Numbered from the stretch's first letter, positions 18,018 through 28,270 are shown. The stretch is 64,000 nucleotides of DNA from an uncultured Eubacteriales bacterium (GCA_964592005.1 CAZQDT010000001.1:602-64601), one strand, 5' to 3'. Translations and numbers: made by a program. Notes: a model not told the origin generated them from the letters alone.

Positions 18018-18279
18018 AAAAGCGGTGAATGTGGTGAAACAGATGAGTGAAGACGAGAGATTGAAAGAAATTGAGAGAATGAGAGATAAGGCATTGCACG
18101 ATGAAGCGAGTGAATTGGGAAGTACAAGAAGAAAAGGAATAAGTAAGGGTAAGATTGAAGAAAGAAGTAAATTTATAGGAATAATGAGAAAATTAGGAAT
18201 TTTAGAGGTGTAATTAAACAGGCAATAAAAATGAGTAGAAATATTATAGTTAAAATTGATAAATGCTGAAAGCAAGGAG
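18018..18279 (+). pseudogene. scrambled partial copies of the rpn 3' end (may encode a 56-62 aa tail-only protein, 18025/18043..18213)
   Basis: 18018-18139 nearly repeats 17730-17851. Similarity continues with deletions to about 18200. 18249-18273 is a perfect 25-nt copy of 17658-17682, out of order. No N-terminal nuclease part is present. Confidence 0.6.
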
Positions 18280-18692
18280 AAATAGAAAATAATAAAAAAA
18301 TTGTAATTAAAGACAAGAAATCAATTGTCATTATATTAATATTGTTTTAATTTTTTTAATTTAAAGATATTTTAAATTAATATATAATTAATAAAACTGC
18401 AAATTTTTAAAGGTTTTATGAATAGAAAATACATAAAAGTGAGCTTTTTAAGAAAAAATAAAAATTTAAAAAATTTTATTTTTATCTCTTTACTAAAAAG
18501 CAAAATAGTTATAAAATATAAACAGATTGGGTATTTTTTATAAATAAATAATTGTAAGATAAATTATGCCTAGTAAAAATTACAATTAAAAATAAGAAAT
18601 TTTTTTGGAAAGGGGTGTTTTTGGAGAGAAAACTCTTCTAAAATGTTTTAAAGTTAAGCATTTTATGCAAAGTAAAAAGGAGGAAAAGAGAA

Positions 18693-21600
18693 ATGAAAAG
18701 TGTTCAGATTAAGAACAGAGTAATTGCGATTCTGCTCTCATTTGCTATGGTATTGGGAATTATGCCGGTGAATGTGGTATGGGCAGATGAAACAGTGAGT
18801 AAGTACATATTTAATCACGATGGAGAAACAGCAAAAGAAGTTATTGATGAGTTAAAAGATTGTTTTAATTTAGTAACTAATTATGGGAAAACAGGTGCTT
18901 TACAATTTAAAGCTAAAGACGGAAGTGTTGACGTAAAGGATTTAGGAATAAGTTCGGGTATTGCTGTATTTGAAATTGAATTTTGTCCAGCTGGTAAAAC
19001 TGTACAGACAGCATTGTTTAAAAACAGTAAAGATGAAACTTTATTTGCAATAAGTTATGTATATCCTCAAAAAGGGACAACGGGATTATATTTAGCTAGT
19101 GCGGCAAGTAAAACAGAAGTAAAATTGCAAGATGCTAAAAGTAATATGTGGTCAAGGGTAAAGGTTGAAATTGACTTAGAAACTTCTAAAAAATTAGGAG
19201 TATTACAATATAGAATAAGTTCAGCATACTATAATACAAAATCAAGTTATAGTGAAGATTATTCGACTTGGACTAAAAATTCTGATGTAACACAAGATAA
19301 AGTGGTAGCATTAGGGAATGATAATGGTACATTTACTAGTGCAATAGATGGAACAACAGACCATCCTTTTGATTTAGGTAAGATAACTCTTTCTTCTTCA
19401 ACAAATACTCGTTGGCTTGGAGATATCAGTCTTTATAACGTTACCTCCATTGACTGGGCAACAGCTCCTACTACACAGTATGTAGGAACTTCCACAATAG
19501 TTCCTAATGGCAATGAGGAATTAAAGCTTACATATTCAACAGGAGCTACTGAAACTGTAAAATTATCAGATTTATCAGCAGATGATTATACAGTAGATTT
19601 TGATAACAGTAAAGTAGCAGCTTCTGTACCTCTTACTCTTACATATAAGGGATTAAAAACACCAGCAGTAAATGTTGAAGTAAAAGAAGCAGATGTAACA
19701 GCTATGGAAATAGTGGATAAAGCTAATGCACAAAAAATATATTATGTAGGAAAGCCATTCCAAGATGATTTAATGCTTAAATTAACCTGTAAAGCTGTAG
19801 ATGTAACATTTAATACAACAGTAAGTTTGGCAGAAAAAATAAAAGAAGGTACTGCTTCAGTTGATTTTACTTCAGCTGAACCAACAGGAGAAGAAGGTAA
19901 AACTGTTACAGTAACATATGGTAGTTTTAAAGATACAATAGAAAATGTAGTAGTTAAGACACCTACTGTTAAAGAATTTAAAGTTATACCTAATAAAACA
20001 CATTATACTATTGGTGAAAAGTTAGATTTAACAGTAAAATTGGTTTATGATAGTGGAGATGAGGAAATTCTTGAAGAGGGTACAGGATATACTGTATCAG
20101 AATTTGATAATACAAAACCGGGCATTGTATTACCAACAATATATTCTCTTAAAGGTGATAATAATGTAACTCTTTCATTGGTAATTATGATATCTGGAGA
20201 TAAAGCTTCGTTTGAGTATGTTGATGGAACAACAACAGATATAACTGGTTTTACCATTGATAGTACAACCCAAAAAACAAATAGCAGTAATAAGCTTAAA
20301 GTAGAAACAGCAGTAAGTGATAAGACTTGTAATATCAAAAAAGAAATAGGTACATTGGAAAGTGGTAAGGTAGTAATAAACACAGAGATGTATGTAGCAA
20401 AAGGTAAAGCTGCATTTTATAAAATACTCGATAAAGATGGAAATGCACTTATAAATTTTGGAAACTGGTCTAAATTTAACTTATATGAGGGAGAGGTTTC
20501 AGGAGGTTCTCCAAGTTTAGATGTAAGCAATGAAACAGAAACAAGAGGTAAATATTGGCTTAGAGTTAAAACAGTAATAGATTTGGACAAATCTAATGTT
20601 GATGGAATATTAAATTTTAAAGCAAATATATATTACTATAATGGAGCTTGGATTTTCTTAAAGACTGTAACTCAAGATGACTATATAGGAAGTACATTTG
20701 AGAATGCAAATGGCTGTGCGACAGACTCTCTTAAAAGCTTCAGTATAGGTTCTTTAGCATTTGGAGGAGATTCGACAGATACATATTTTGACAATATCGA
20801 AGTATATACAATACCATTAAAATCTTTTGCAATTAATACATTTCCAAAACAAACATATATGGTAAATGAAAAAACATTAGACCTTACAGGTATTGTAATT
20901 GATGAGGAGTATGAATATATAGATAATGAGCAGATATCAGATGTTGATTTGATTAAACAGAAATATGATATATCAGGCTTTGATACTTCGACAGTAGGAA
21001 CAAAAACGATAGTTATAAAAAGTAAAGCGGATAATACTAAACAGACGAGTTACGATATAAACGTAACAGAGGCAACGTTGACTGATATTTCCGTTACTAC
21101 AAAACCTGACAAGGTAGATTATTTTGTAGGGGAAACATTTGATAAGACAGGAATAGTGGTAAAGGGAACTTACTCAGACAAGACTACAAGGCCTTTATCA
21201 GAAAGTGAATATGAAATAGGAACGGTAGATTTATCATCAAAAGGAACAAAGACGATTACTGTTACAGCAGTAGCAAAGAATGAAAAGGGTGAAGATGTTA
21301 CAACTACTTTTGATGTGGAAGCAATTTCCATAGAAAGTATTGAAGTGACAACACTTCCTACAAAATCAGAGTATTATGTAGGAGAAACACTTAATACCAA
21401 TGGAATGGTTGTTAAAGCTACACCAAGTAAAGGTGAAGTGTTTGAAATGGCTGTTTCAGATTATGAAGTGGAAACAGTTGAATTATCAGAAGCAGGTACA
21501 AAGCCTGTTAAAGTAAAAGCAATAGCTAAGGTAGAAAGCGGAAAAACAGTAGAAACGACATTCAATATAACTGTAAAAGAACCAGAACTTGTAAGTATTA

Positions 21601-24443
21601 AAGCAACAGCTTCTAAGACAACTTACAAAATAGGAGATACTTTTGATAAATCAAAAGTTGAAGTAAAAGCTACTTATAGTAATGAAACAACAAAAACTAT
21701 TGCAGCAGATGATTTTGAAGTATCAGGATTTGACAGTACAAAAGTGGCAGAATCTCAAGAAATAACAGTTACTTATAAAGGAAAAACGGATAAATTTACA
21801 ATTAAAATAATAGAGGCTTCAGCTATAAAAAATCAGTCATTCTACTATATTGACCAAGAAACAACAGATGAAACAGTATTTACAGGAAATGCAGATGGAG
21901 TATTTGCAATAGCAACAGGTGAAAAAGGTGGAAATACAACACCTAAGATTTCTGTTAAGAATGGTATAGTTTCTAAGACTTTTGATTCACCTATTACAAG
22001 TGGAACAGTTACATTTGAAACAGTAACTTATCATAATTCTGCTATATTTGCTACAAGAATAGTAGATAGTGAAGGAAAAGGCTTGATAAATTATTCACAA
22101 CAGACAAGTGGTAATCTTAATCTTTATGAAGGTGTTGCAACCACAGGTTCAGTAAAATATATGAATTTAGCATCAAAAGATAAAGTTAAAAATAAATGGG
22201 TTAAAACAGTTACAGAAATAGATTTAGATGCTTCAAATACAAAAGGTATTTTACAATTTACACTTGATGTATATTATAAATCAGCTTATACAGATGAAGA
22301 GTGGACAAAATTGGGAACATTTACACAAAATGACACATATGTATCTTCAAGTTTTGGATTTGCAAATGGTGCGGCTGATAGTACAATTACCACATTTGAT
22401 ATAGGTGGAATTGCATTCGAGTCAGCAGGTACATCTTATGCAGATGATGTTTTATTTAATGATGGAAATGGTATTGAAGGTATTGTTACAGTAACTTCTA
22501 AAGAACTTACAAAAGTAGAAGTTACAAGCGAGCCAACTATTAAAGAGTTCCAGCAGGGAGCTAAATTAAATACAACAGGTTTAGTGCTTACAGGTACATA
22601 TTTATGGACTTATTCAGATGGAAGTACAACAGAAAAGACAAAAGAAGTAACAATATTTAAAACAGATTATGATTTTAGTAAAGTTGCAAATGATGTTCCT
22701 GTAACAATTACGGTTGAAGCAGGCACAGATGGGTTGAAAAAAGCATTTACATATATTTACAAAGTAAATGTAATTGAAAAAGCAGACAGTTCCTTTATAA
22801 CATTTGAATATACAGATGATGATAATGTAGGAATTGTAGGATTTGACGGAAGTAAAGTAAGTGTTACACGTACTGATATATCAGGTAATGAAAGTAATAA
22901 AATTACAGTAGCAAAAGGTACTACAACAAAGACTTTAGATGAAACAGCTACGACAGGTATAGTACATTTTGAAACAGATTTCCTTACAACTGCTACAAGT
23001 AAAGCGTCACTTTTCCTTAGAATACTTAATAGTGAAGGCTTACCTATGGTAGATATAGGACAATATGGAAGTTCAAATTTAAATCTTTATTTAGATAAAG
23101 CTACAAGTGGAACAACAGCAGGACAATTTAAAGGTCTTACAGTTAATAAATGGGCTAAAGTAGCAATGGATATAGATTTAAATGCTTCAGCAACAGCAGG
23201 ACATCTTGTTTTTGATGCAGAAGTTTGGACAACAGATGATTATGAAGCGGGCAACTGGAAAGAATTTGCTAAATTTGATGAAACATTGTATCTTAATAGT
23301 ACAACAGCAGCAAGTGCAACAGGAGCAGCTTCGACAAAAGCAACAGTATTTGATGTGGCAGCAGTAGAAATCCAAAATGCAGGAAGTGCAACAATTTACT
23401 TTGATGATATGTATTTTGAAGCTGTTCAAGATGGAGCAACAAAGACATTTACAAATTTGGAATTAACATCAGCACCTTCTAAGAAAGAATATTTTGTAGG
23501 TGACACACTTAATACAAATGGGCTTGTACTTACAGGCACATATGTAATTAAGACAGCAAACGGAAAAGAATATACAAGAACAGCAAGAGTTTTACAATAT
23601 GATGTTGATTTTAACAGCCAGCAAGAGGCAGAAGAAACAACAGTAACAATTTCCGTAGGCGGTAAGAGTGTAGCATTTACAGTTGTTGTAAAAGCTAATG
23701 CAGCACTTGATGGTATAGAACAATATTTGGTAGATTATGTGAATAACAAATTGGTAAAATTACAAGATGATAATTCGATATACTTGAACAAGAGAAATAT
23801 ATTACTTCCATCAGACAGAGGCGATTTTGTGACATTGACATGGAGTATAGATTCTGATATAGCAAGTATCAATGAAAGAGTGCTTACAGTAGTTCCTTCT
23901 ATAAAAGAAGAACTTACAGCAGACCTTGTGGTAGAAATGTATACAAAGAATGAGTCGGGGGATAAAGTTTTAGTTAAGAAAACTATTAAATTGGTAATTC
24001 CTCAGGCTTCTTCAAAAGATACACCTACTACTGACCTTTTGACAGATGAAGCTTTAAAGGAAGCTATTGAATATATGGTAGAAAGAGGTTTGTTTGATAA
24101 TCAGGGTAGCCTTTTAAATTCAGAAGATATTTTGGGACAACTTGACAGAAATGTTCTTGTAGAAGAGATGGTTTCAGTAATAGTGAAGTTATTTGATATT
24201 GATACAACGTATACAGATACAGAAATCAGCAGAGATGATATAAATTATTTCTCATGGTATAAAGATGCTGTTGTAGCAGCTTTCCAGCTTAGTGTTGAAA
24301 CACAGGCAAGTCGTGAAAATAAAGATAATTATGGTATTGGTGATGAAATTACAAAAGCAGATATTGAATATATGCTTTCAAGAATAGTTGCCATAGACCA
24401 AACAACTTTGCCATCAGATTACTTTAGTCAGATGTTTGAGTAA
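18693..24443 (+). CDS. giant secreted/cell-surface protein with Big_3-like Ig repeats and four copies of an unassigned ~210-aa module
   Basis: 1916 aa with an AAGGAGG RBS and the signal peptide MKSVQIKNRVIAILLSFAMVLGIMPVNVVWA. Many Y(F/Y)VG(E/D)T(F/L)(D/N)..G..V..TY units resemble bacterial Ig-like group 3 domains. The C-terminal ~120 aa are weakly SLH-like. Confidence 0.85.
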   Translation: MKSVQIKNRVIAILLSFAMVLGIMPVNVVWADETVSKYIFNHDGETAKEVIDELKDCFNLVTNYGKTGALQFKAKDGSVDVKDLGISSGIAVFEIEFCPAGKTVQTALFKNSKDETLFAISYVYPQKGTTGLYLASAASKTEVKLQDAKSNMWSRVKVEIDLETSKKLGVLQYRISSAYYNTKSSYSEDYSTWTKNSDVTQDKVVALGNDNGTFTSAIDGTTDHPFDLGKITLSSSTNTRWLGDISLYNVTSIDWATAPTTQYVGTSTIVPNGNEELKLTYSTGATETVKLSDLSADDYTVDFDNSKVAASVPLTLTYKGLKTPAVNVEVKEADVTAMEIVDKANAQKIYYVGKPFQDDLMLKLTCKAVDVTFNTTVSLAEKIKEGTASVDFTSAEPTGEEGKTVTVTYGSFKDTIENVVVKTPTVKEFKVIPNKTHYTIGEKLDLTVKLVYDSGDEEILEEGTGYTVSEFDNTKPGIVLPTIYSLKGDNNVTLSLVIMISGDKASFEYVDGTTTDITGFTIDSTTQKTNSSNKLKVETAVSDKTCNIKKEIGTLESGKVVINTEMYVAKGKAAFYKILDKDGNALINFGNWSKFNLYEGEVSGGSPSLDVSNETETRGKYWLRVKTVIDLDKSNVDGILNFKANIYYYNGAWIFLKTVTQDDYIGSTFENANGCATDSLKSFSIGSLAFGGDSTDTYFDNIEVYTIPLKSFAINTFPKQTYMVNEKTLDLTGIVIDEEYEYIDNEQISDVDLIKQKYDISGFDTSTVGTKTIVIKSKADNTKQTSYDINVTEATLTDISVTTKPDKVDYFVGETFDKTGIVVKGTYSDKTTRPLSESEYEIGTVDLSSKGTKTITVTAVAKNEKGEDVTTTFDVEAISIESIEVTTLPTKSEYYVGETLNTNGMVVKATPSKGEVFEMAVSDYEVETVELSEAGTKPVKVKAIAKVESGKTVETTFNITVKEPELVSIKATASKTTYKIGDTFDKSKVEVKATYSNETTKTIAADDFEVSGFDSTKVAESQEITVTYKGKTDKFTIKIIEASAIKNQSFYYIDQETTDETVFTGNADGVFAIATGEKGGNTTPKISVKNGIVSKTFDSPITSGTVTFETVTYHNSAIFATRIVDSEGKGLINYSQQTSGNLNLYEGVATTGSVKYMNLASKDKVKNKWVKTVTEIDLDASNTKGILQFTLDVYYKSAYTDEEWTKLGTFTQNDTYVSSSFGFANGAADSTITTFDIGGIAFESAGTSYADDVLFNDGNGIEGIVTVTSKELTKVEVTSEPTIKEFQQGAKLNTTGLVLTGTYLWTYSDGSTTEKTKEVTIFKTDYDFSKVANDVPVTITVEAGTDGLKKAFTYIYKVNVIEKADSSFITFEYTDDDNVGIVGFDGSKVSVTRTDISGNESNKITVAKGTTTKTLDETATTGIVHFETDFLTTATSKASLFLRILNSEGLPMVDIGQYGSSNLNLYLDKATSGTTAGQFKGLTVNKWAKVAMDIDLNASATAGHLVFDAEVWTTDDYEAGNWKEFAKFDETLYLNSTTAASATGAASTKATVFDVAAVEIQNAGSATIYFDDMYFEAVQDGATKTFTNLELTSAPSKKEYFVGDTLNTNGLVLTGTYVIKTANGKEYTRTARVLQYDVDFNSQQEAEETTVTISVGGKSVAFTVVVKANAALDGIEQYLVDYVNNKLVKLQDDNSIYLNKRNILLPSDRGDFVTLTWSIDSDIASINERVLTVVPSIKEELTADLVVEMYTKNESGDKVLVKKTIKLVIPQASSKDTPTTDLLTDEALKEAIEYMVERGLFDNQGSLLNSEDILGQLDRNVLVEEMVSVIVKLFDIDTTYTDTEISRDDINYFSWYKDAVVAAFQLSVETQASRENKDNYGIGDEITKADIEYMLSRIVAIDQTTLPSDYFSQMFE

Positions 24444-24451
24444 TAAATTTA

Positions 24452-24475
24452 CCACTGTGGCTTTGTCCACAGTGG
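24452..24475 (+). other. GC-rich intercistronic hairpin
   Basis: CCACTGTGG / CCACAGTGG perfect 9-bp stem with a 6-nt loop and no T-run. It lies between the giant protein gene and the pectate lyase gene. Confidence 0.45.
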
Positions 24476-24487
24476 AACTTAAAAGAA

Positions 24488-27400
24488 ATGAAAGGAGTGT
24501 TTCTCTTGAAAGATAAAAGATTTATGGCGGCTTTACTTGCAGGAACTATGGTATTATCCAATGGTGCAGTAGTTAATGCCGATATGAAATATGAAGCAGG
24601 ACTTCCAGCACAAAGTGACTCGTCAACCCAGTTGGTAGATGTTCTTGAGCCGCTTTCAGATATTCCTGCTTTCCCGGGAGCTGATGGATATGCTAAATAT
24701 GTTACAGGTGGACGTGGAGGAAAAATTATTCATGTAACTAATTTGAATGCTTCAGGAGAAGGTTCGTTGACTGCGGCATTAGAAAATGGTGGTAAAACAA
24801 GCGAGCCTAGAATTATTGTATTTGATGTGTCGGGTACTATTGTTATAGGAAAAGAATTATATAAGAAAAGCTATTCAAATGTTACTATTGCAGGTCAAAC
24901 AGCACCGGGCGAAGGTATTACAATAACAAATGAAAACTTTTATTTAGCACATTCTGATAATGTTATTATAAGATTTATTAAATTTAGGCATGGTCAGGCG
25001 ACAGCAAAAGATGACTCTTTCTATGTACAAAACAGTACAAATATTATGATTGACCATTGTTCATTTGAATATGGTAGTGATGAATCCTGTTCTGCAAGAG
25101 AGAATTCTAATCTTACTTTCCAGTGGTCAATATTGACTAATGGCGTAAGAACTCACTCAATGGGTGGTTTACAGGAATGGAATTCAGAAACAATTCACCA
25201 TTGTTTAATGGGTAACCAGAATGACCGTAACCCTAAAGCCAAAGGTATTATGGATTTTACAAATAATGTAGTTTATAACTGGGGTGATTATCCTTTTGTT
25301 GCAGGTGGTAACTCAGGTGGTCAAGGCTGGGGTAATGTTGTAAATAACTACTTTATAGCTGGTTCAGATACAAAAGACCCAAATCATGCTATTACAAGAA
25401 GTAATGGTAAATATTTCTTGCATTTGGCAGGAAATTTAATTGATTCAAATAAGAATGGTAAATTAGATGGTGTAAATACAGGTATTGATATGATTGCAAC
25501 CTATAATGATGCTAAATATCCTGATAGATTTACATTCCCTGATGATTATACCCTTCCATTGGTGTTGATTAAAAATCGTATGGCTATGGCTGAATTGGAT
25601 TATGTTGACAGTGCAGAAGATGCCTACTATAAAGTAATGGATTTTGCGGGAGATTCAGTATATTATAATACAGATGGTACAACAAAATTATTCCATGATG
25701 ATATAGATACGGAAATTTTATCAGGTGTTCAAAATCAGACTGGAAAACTTCTTCTTCATAATAAAGAAAGTCATAATGAAAAAGGAGAAATCTTTGACCA
25801 AAACTTTATAAATAATCGTCCTCAAATAAATGTAAATGACCCATCTTCAGAGTGGTATCGTCCTGATACTGACCAAGATGGTATGCCAGATGCTTGGGAA
25901 TTGGCTAATGGATTAGACCCTAATAATGCGGAAGACAGAAATAATAAAAATGATGCAGGATATACAATGATAGAAGTATATTTGAATGAATTGGCAGAAC
26001 CGGCATTCCCTGACAATACATATTCTACTGAAGATAAAAAAATAGCAGAAATTATGAAACCTGGTAGAAAAAATGTTCTTGTTTTAGAAAAACAAGGGAA
26101 AGAATATTACTATGATGTTATTAATGGTAAAAATCAGTTAATGATTCCATTAGCACCAGTGGCTGAATATTTAGGATATAAAATGATTAATGTAGCAGAA
26201 GATACAGTAACTATGAGATATCCAGAAGAATTTCCATTAGGTGGTCTTAACTGTGAAGGTAATAATGATGTTATTACGTTTTCGGCAGGAGATGTTAAAT
26301 TCAATGAAACTCTTGTAACTTATGAAGGAAAGTTGTATATGCCTATCAATTATGTATCCTATGGTATGGTAGGTGTTTATGACCAAGTATTGGTAAGTAA
26401 AGAGGATAATATAGTTAATATTTATATAAAAGATGCAGAATTTTATAAAGATTGGCATAAAAATGATGCAAGACAAGAACGTTTAAAATCTGCACCATCT
26501 ATGCTGGCAGAATTTGTAGAAAATAAAACAGAAGATAATACAGAAGTTAAACAACTTAAGATTACTTTTGATAAAGAAGCAGCTTTGGCAGATAATACAA
26601 CAGCAACAATAAGTATTACAAAGAAGACACCATCTTTGACAGTATCAGAAAGTGTATATAATAATGTCTATTCAACATCTACATTTACTGCAAATATAAG
26701 TGATGTGGATATTTGGGGTTCAAATAAGGTTGCGGTTATTAATTTTGAGAATTTTAGAAGTGTTAAAGGAAAATCTTTAAGTGATGATTTTGATGAAACA
26801 GCAACTTATACTGTAAAAATAGATGCAGGTGCTTTTGCTGATTATTACAATGATTATTATGGAACAGATTATGTTACAGATGAAAAAGAATTTGAAATAA
26901 GTTCTATAACAAAAACAACGAATAATCCATCGAACAAAGAGGTTAATGGAGAAACAGAAAATGAATATTTTGTGCAGGAAGATACTTCAACAGTGACAGT
27001 TAAAGAACTTATGCAGGCAGTTTATAAATTGCTTGCTATGAAAGAAGTAAATGCTTCTAACTATGACCAGATTAATGATGGAACAGTAATAGAACCAGAT
27101 GATGCCAATAAAGATGATGACGGAAAAGATGATGACAATAAAGATGATGACGGAAAAGATGATGACGGAAAAGATGATGACAATAAAGATGATGACGGAA
27201 AAGATGATGACGGAAAAGATAATGACGGAAAAGACGATGACGGAAAAGATGATGACAACAATGACGATGACTACGATAGTGATGATGAAACAGAGCCAGA
27301 AGAGCCACAATTACCTACAATGATTGGTAAGGAGACAGTGGAAGAAGCAGGGAATGTTTCTGGAACAGATTCTAAAGAAATTGAAATTATTGTAGATGAA

Positions 27401-28219
27401 AAGGTTGAAGTTACTAAAGAAGCAGTAGAAGAAATTATTAAGCAGGAGAAAGATTTAGTAATAAACACAGGAAATACATCATTGATTATAAGTAATAGTA
27501 CATTTGTTTCAGAAAATGTTGAAACGAAGATTGAAGCAAGTATTGAAAATCCTTCAAGTAAAGATTTGAAAGAAATCAAAAATGATATTAAGAATGATTC
27601 AAATATCACAGAATTGATTAGTTCTAAAGAAATAAGTATTACAACTGATGGTAATGAAGTAGACCTTGTGAATAAAGAACCATTGACAGTATCTGTAAAA
27701 ATACCAAATAATGTTAAAGATACAGATAAACTTACAGCTGTAAGATATGAAGAACAGGAAGATGGAAGTCTTAAAGCTGTTAAGATAGGTGGTACATACG
27801 ATGCTGAAACAAAGAGCTTTACATATCGTACAGATAAGACTGGTATAATAGCAATTGTAAAAGCAGAAGAGGTAAAACAGGTAAAACTTACAATAGGAGC
27901 TAATGAAATGAATATTAATGGACAAAACATAGTAAATGATGTTGCACCTATTGTAGAAAATGATAGAACATATTTACCAATAAGAGTTATAGCAGAAAGT
28001 TTAGGTGCTGAAGTTGGTTGGGAGCAGGAAACACAGTCTGTAACAGTTACTTTAAATGGTAAAGTACTTAGATTTAATGTAAATGAAGAGATAGAAGGAT
28101 ATGGAAAACCATTAGTTATAAATCAAAGAACATTAGTACCTGTAAGATATATAGCTGAACAGTTGGGTGCAAATGTATTGTGGGTACCTTCTACAAATGA
28201 AATTGAAATTGTAAGATAA
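24488..28219 (+). CDS. multidomain secreted pectate lyase (PL1-like catalytic domain)
   Basis: 1243 aa with a signal peptide. A TTG at 24506 behind AAGGAG is an alternative start. PL1-type motifs are present: IMIDHCSF, and RNPKAKG matching the R.P..R region. Also a DTDQDGMPDAWE calcium-binding-type motif and an acidic D/K repeat. Two copper-amine-oxidase-N-terminal-like domains include the C-terminus (DRTYLPIRVIAESLGAEV...RTLVPVRYIAEQLGANV). Confidence 0.8.
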   Translation: MKGVFLLKDKRFMAALLAGTMVLSNGAVVNADMKYEAGLPAQSDSSTQLVDVLEPLSDIPAFPGADGYAKYVTGGRGGKIIHVTNLNASGEGSLTAALENGGKTSEPRIIVFDVSGTIVIGKELYKKSYSNVTIAGQTAPGEGITITNENFYLAHSDNVIIRFIKFRHGQATAKDDSFYVQNSTNIMIDHCSFEYGSDESCSARENSNLTFQWSILTNGVRTHSMGGLQEWNSETIHHCLMGNQNDRNPKAKGIMDFTNNVVYNWGDYPFVAGGNSGGQGWGNVVNNYFIAGSDTKDPNHAITRSNGKYFLHLAGNLIDSNKNGKLDGVNTGIDMIATYNDAKYPDRFTFPDDYTLPLVLIKNRMAMAELDYVDSAEDAYYKVMDFAGDSVYYNTDGTTKLFHDDIDTEILSGVQNQTGKLLLHNKESHNEKGEIFDQNFINNRPQINVNDPSSEWYRPDTDQDGMPDAWELANGLDPNNAEDRNNKNDAGYTMIEVYLNELAEPAFPDNTYSTEDKKIAEIMKPGRKNVLVLEKQGKEYYYDVINGKNQLMIPLAPVAEYLGYKMINVAEDTVTMRYPEEFPLGGLNCEGNNDVITFSAGDVKFNETLVTYEGKLYMPINYVSYGMVGVYDQVLVSKEDNIVNIYIKDAEFYKDWHKNDARQERLKSAPSMLAEFVENKTEDNTEVKQLKITFDKEAALADNTTATISITKKTPSLTVSESVYNNVYSTSTFTANISDVDIWGSNKVAVINFENFRSVKGKSLSDDFDETATYTVKIDAGAFADYYNDYYGTDYVTDEKEFEISSITKTTNNPSNKEVNGETENEYFVQEDTSTVTVKELMQAVYKLLAMKEVNASNYDQINDGTVIEPDDANKDDDGKDDDNKDDDGKDDDGKDDDNKDDDGKDDDGKDNDGKDDDGKDDDNNDDDYDSDDETEPEEPQLPTMIGKETVEEAGNVSGTDSKEIEIIVDEKVEVTKEAVEEIIKQEKDLVINTGNTSLIISNSTFVSENVETKIEASIENPSSKDLKEIKNDIKNDSNITELISSKEISITTDGNEVDLVNKEPLTVSVKIPNNVKDTDKLTAVRYEEQEDGSLKAVKIGGTYDAETKSFTYRTDKTGIIAIVKAEEVKQVKLTIGANEMNINGQNIVNDVAPIVENDRTYLPIRVIAESLGAEVGWEQETQSVTVTLNGKVLRFNVNEEIEGYGKPLVINQRTLVPVRYIAEQLGANVLWVPSTNEIEIVR
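27110..27259 (+). repeat. 10 tandem copies of a 15-bp unit (AAAGATGATGACGGA / ...AAT) inside the lyase gene
   Basis: Read directly: units start at 27110, 27125, 27140 ... 27245 and encode (KDDDG/KDDDN)n. The last units carry point changes. Confidence 0.9.
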
Positions 28220-28228
28220 ATAAAAAAA

Positions 28229-28261
28229 ATCAGCTTCTCTAAAGAGAAGTTGATTTTTTTT
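28229..28261 (+). terminator. rho-independent terminator of the lyase gene
   Basis: 11-bp stem ATCAGCTTCTC / GAGAAGTTGAT (one G-U pair), 4-nt loop, T7 run. Confidence 0.8.
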
Positions 28262-28270
28262 AAAATAATA

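Noticed and set aside
17532-18275. 247-aa minus-strand ORF (plus 17576..17806 and 17921..18127) antisense to the rpn gene and its fragments
   Set aside because: The sequence is low-complexity and Ser/Leu/Phe/Ile-rich. It lies exactly antisense to a well-supported gene and its repeats and has no RBS. It is kept open only by the purine-rich repeats on the coding strand.
18419-18547. 42-codon ORF MNRKYIKVSFLRKNKNLKNF... in the spacer upstream of the giant protein gene. Also mini-ORFs in 5740-6448, 10585-11035 and 56271-56938
   Set aside because: These are Lys/Asn/Ile/Phe-rich as expected from random AT-rich sequence, with weak or absent SD and no hydrophobic or otherwise recognisable pattern.
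18295-18600. Possible invertible promoter upstream of the giant surface protein gene (AATTGTAATT at about 18300 and AATTACAATT at about 18583 as inverted repeats)
   Set aside because: Only 10 bp match, the sequence is AT-only, there is no extension of the arms and no recombinase gene nearby. A chance match in about 480 bp of AT-rich DNA is plausible.
26987-27930. Several ORFs overlapping the pectate lyase gene (26987..27310, 27061..27261, 27072..27308, 27099..27323, 27271..27930, 27599..27925)
   Set aside because: These are alternative-frame or antisense readings of the 15-bp tandem repeat and of a Lys/Glu-rich coding region. The peptides are periodic nonsense (HHLFRH, MMTEK, SSSFPS).
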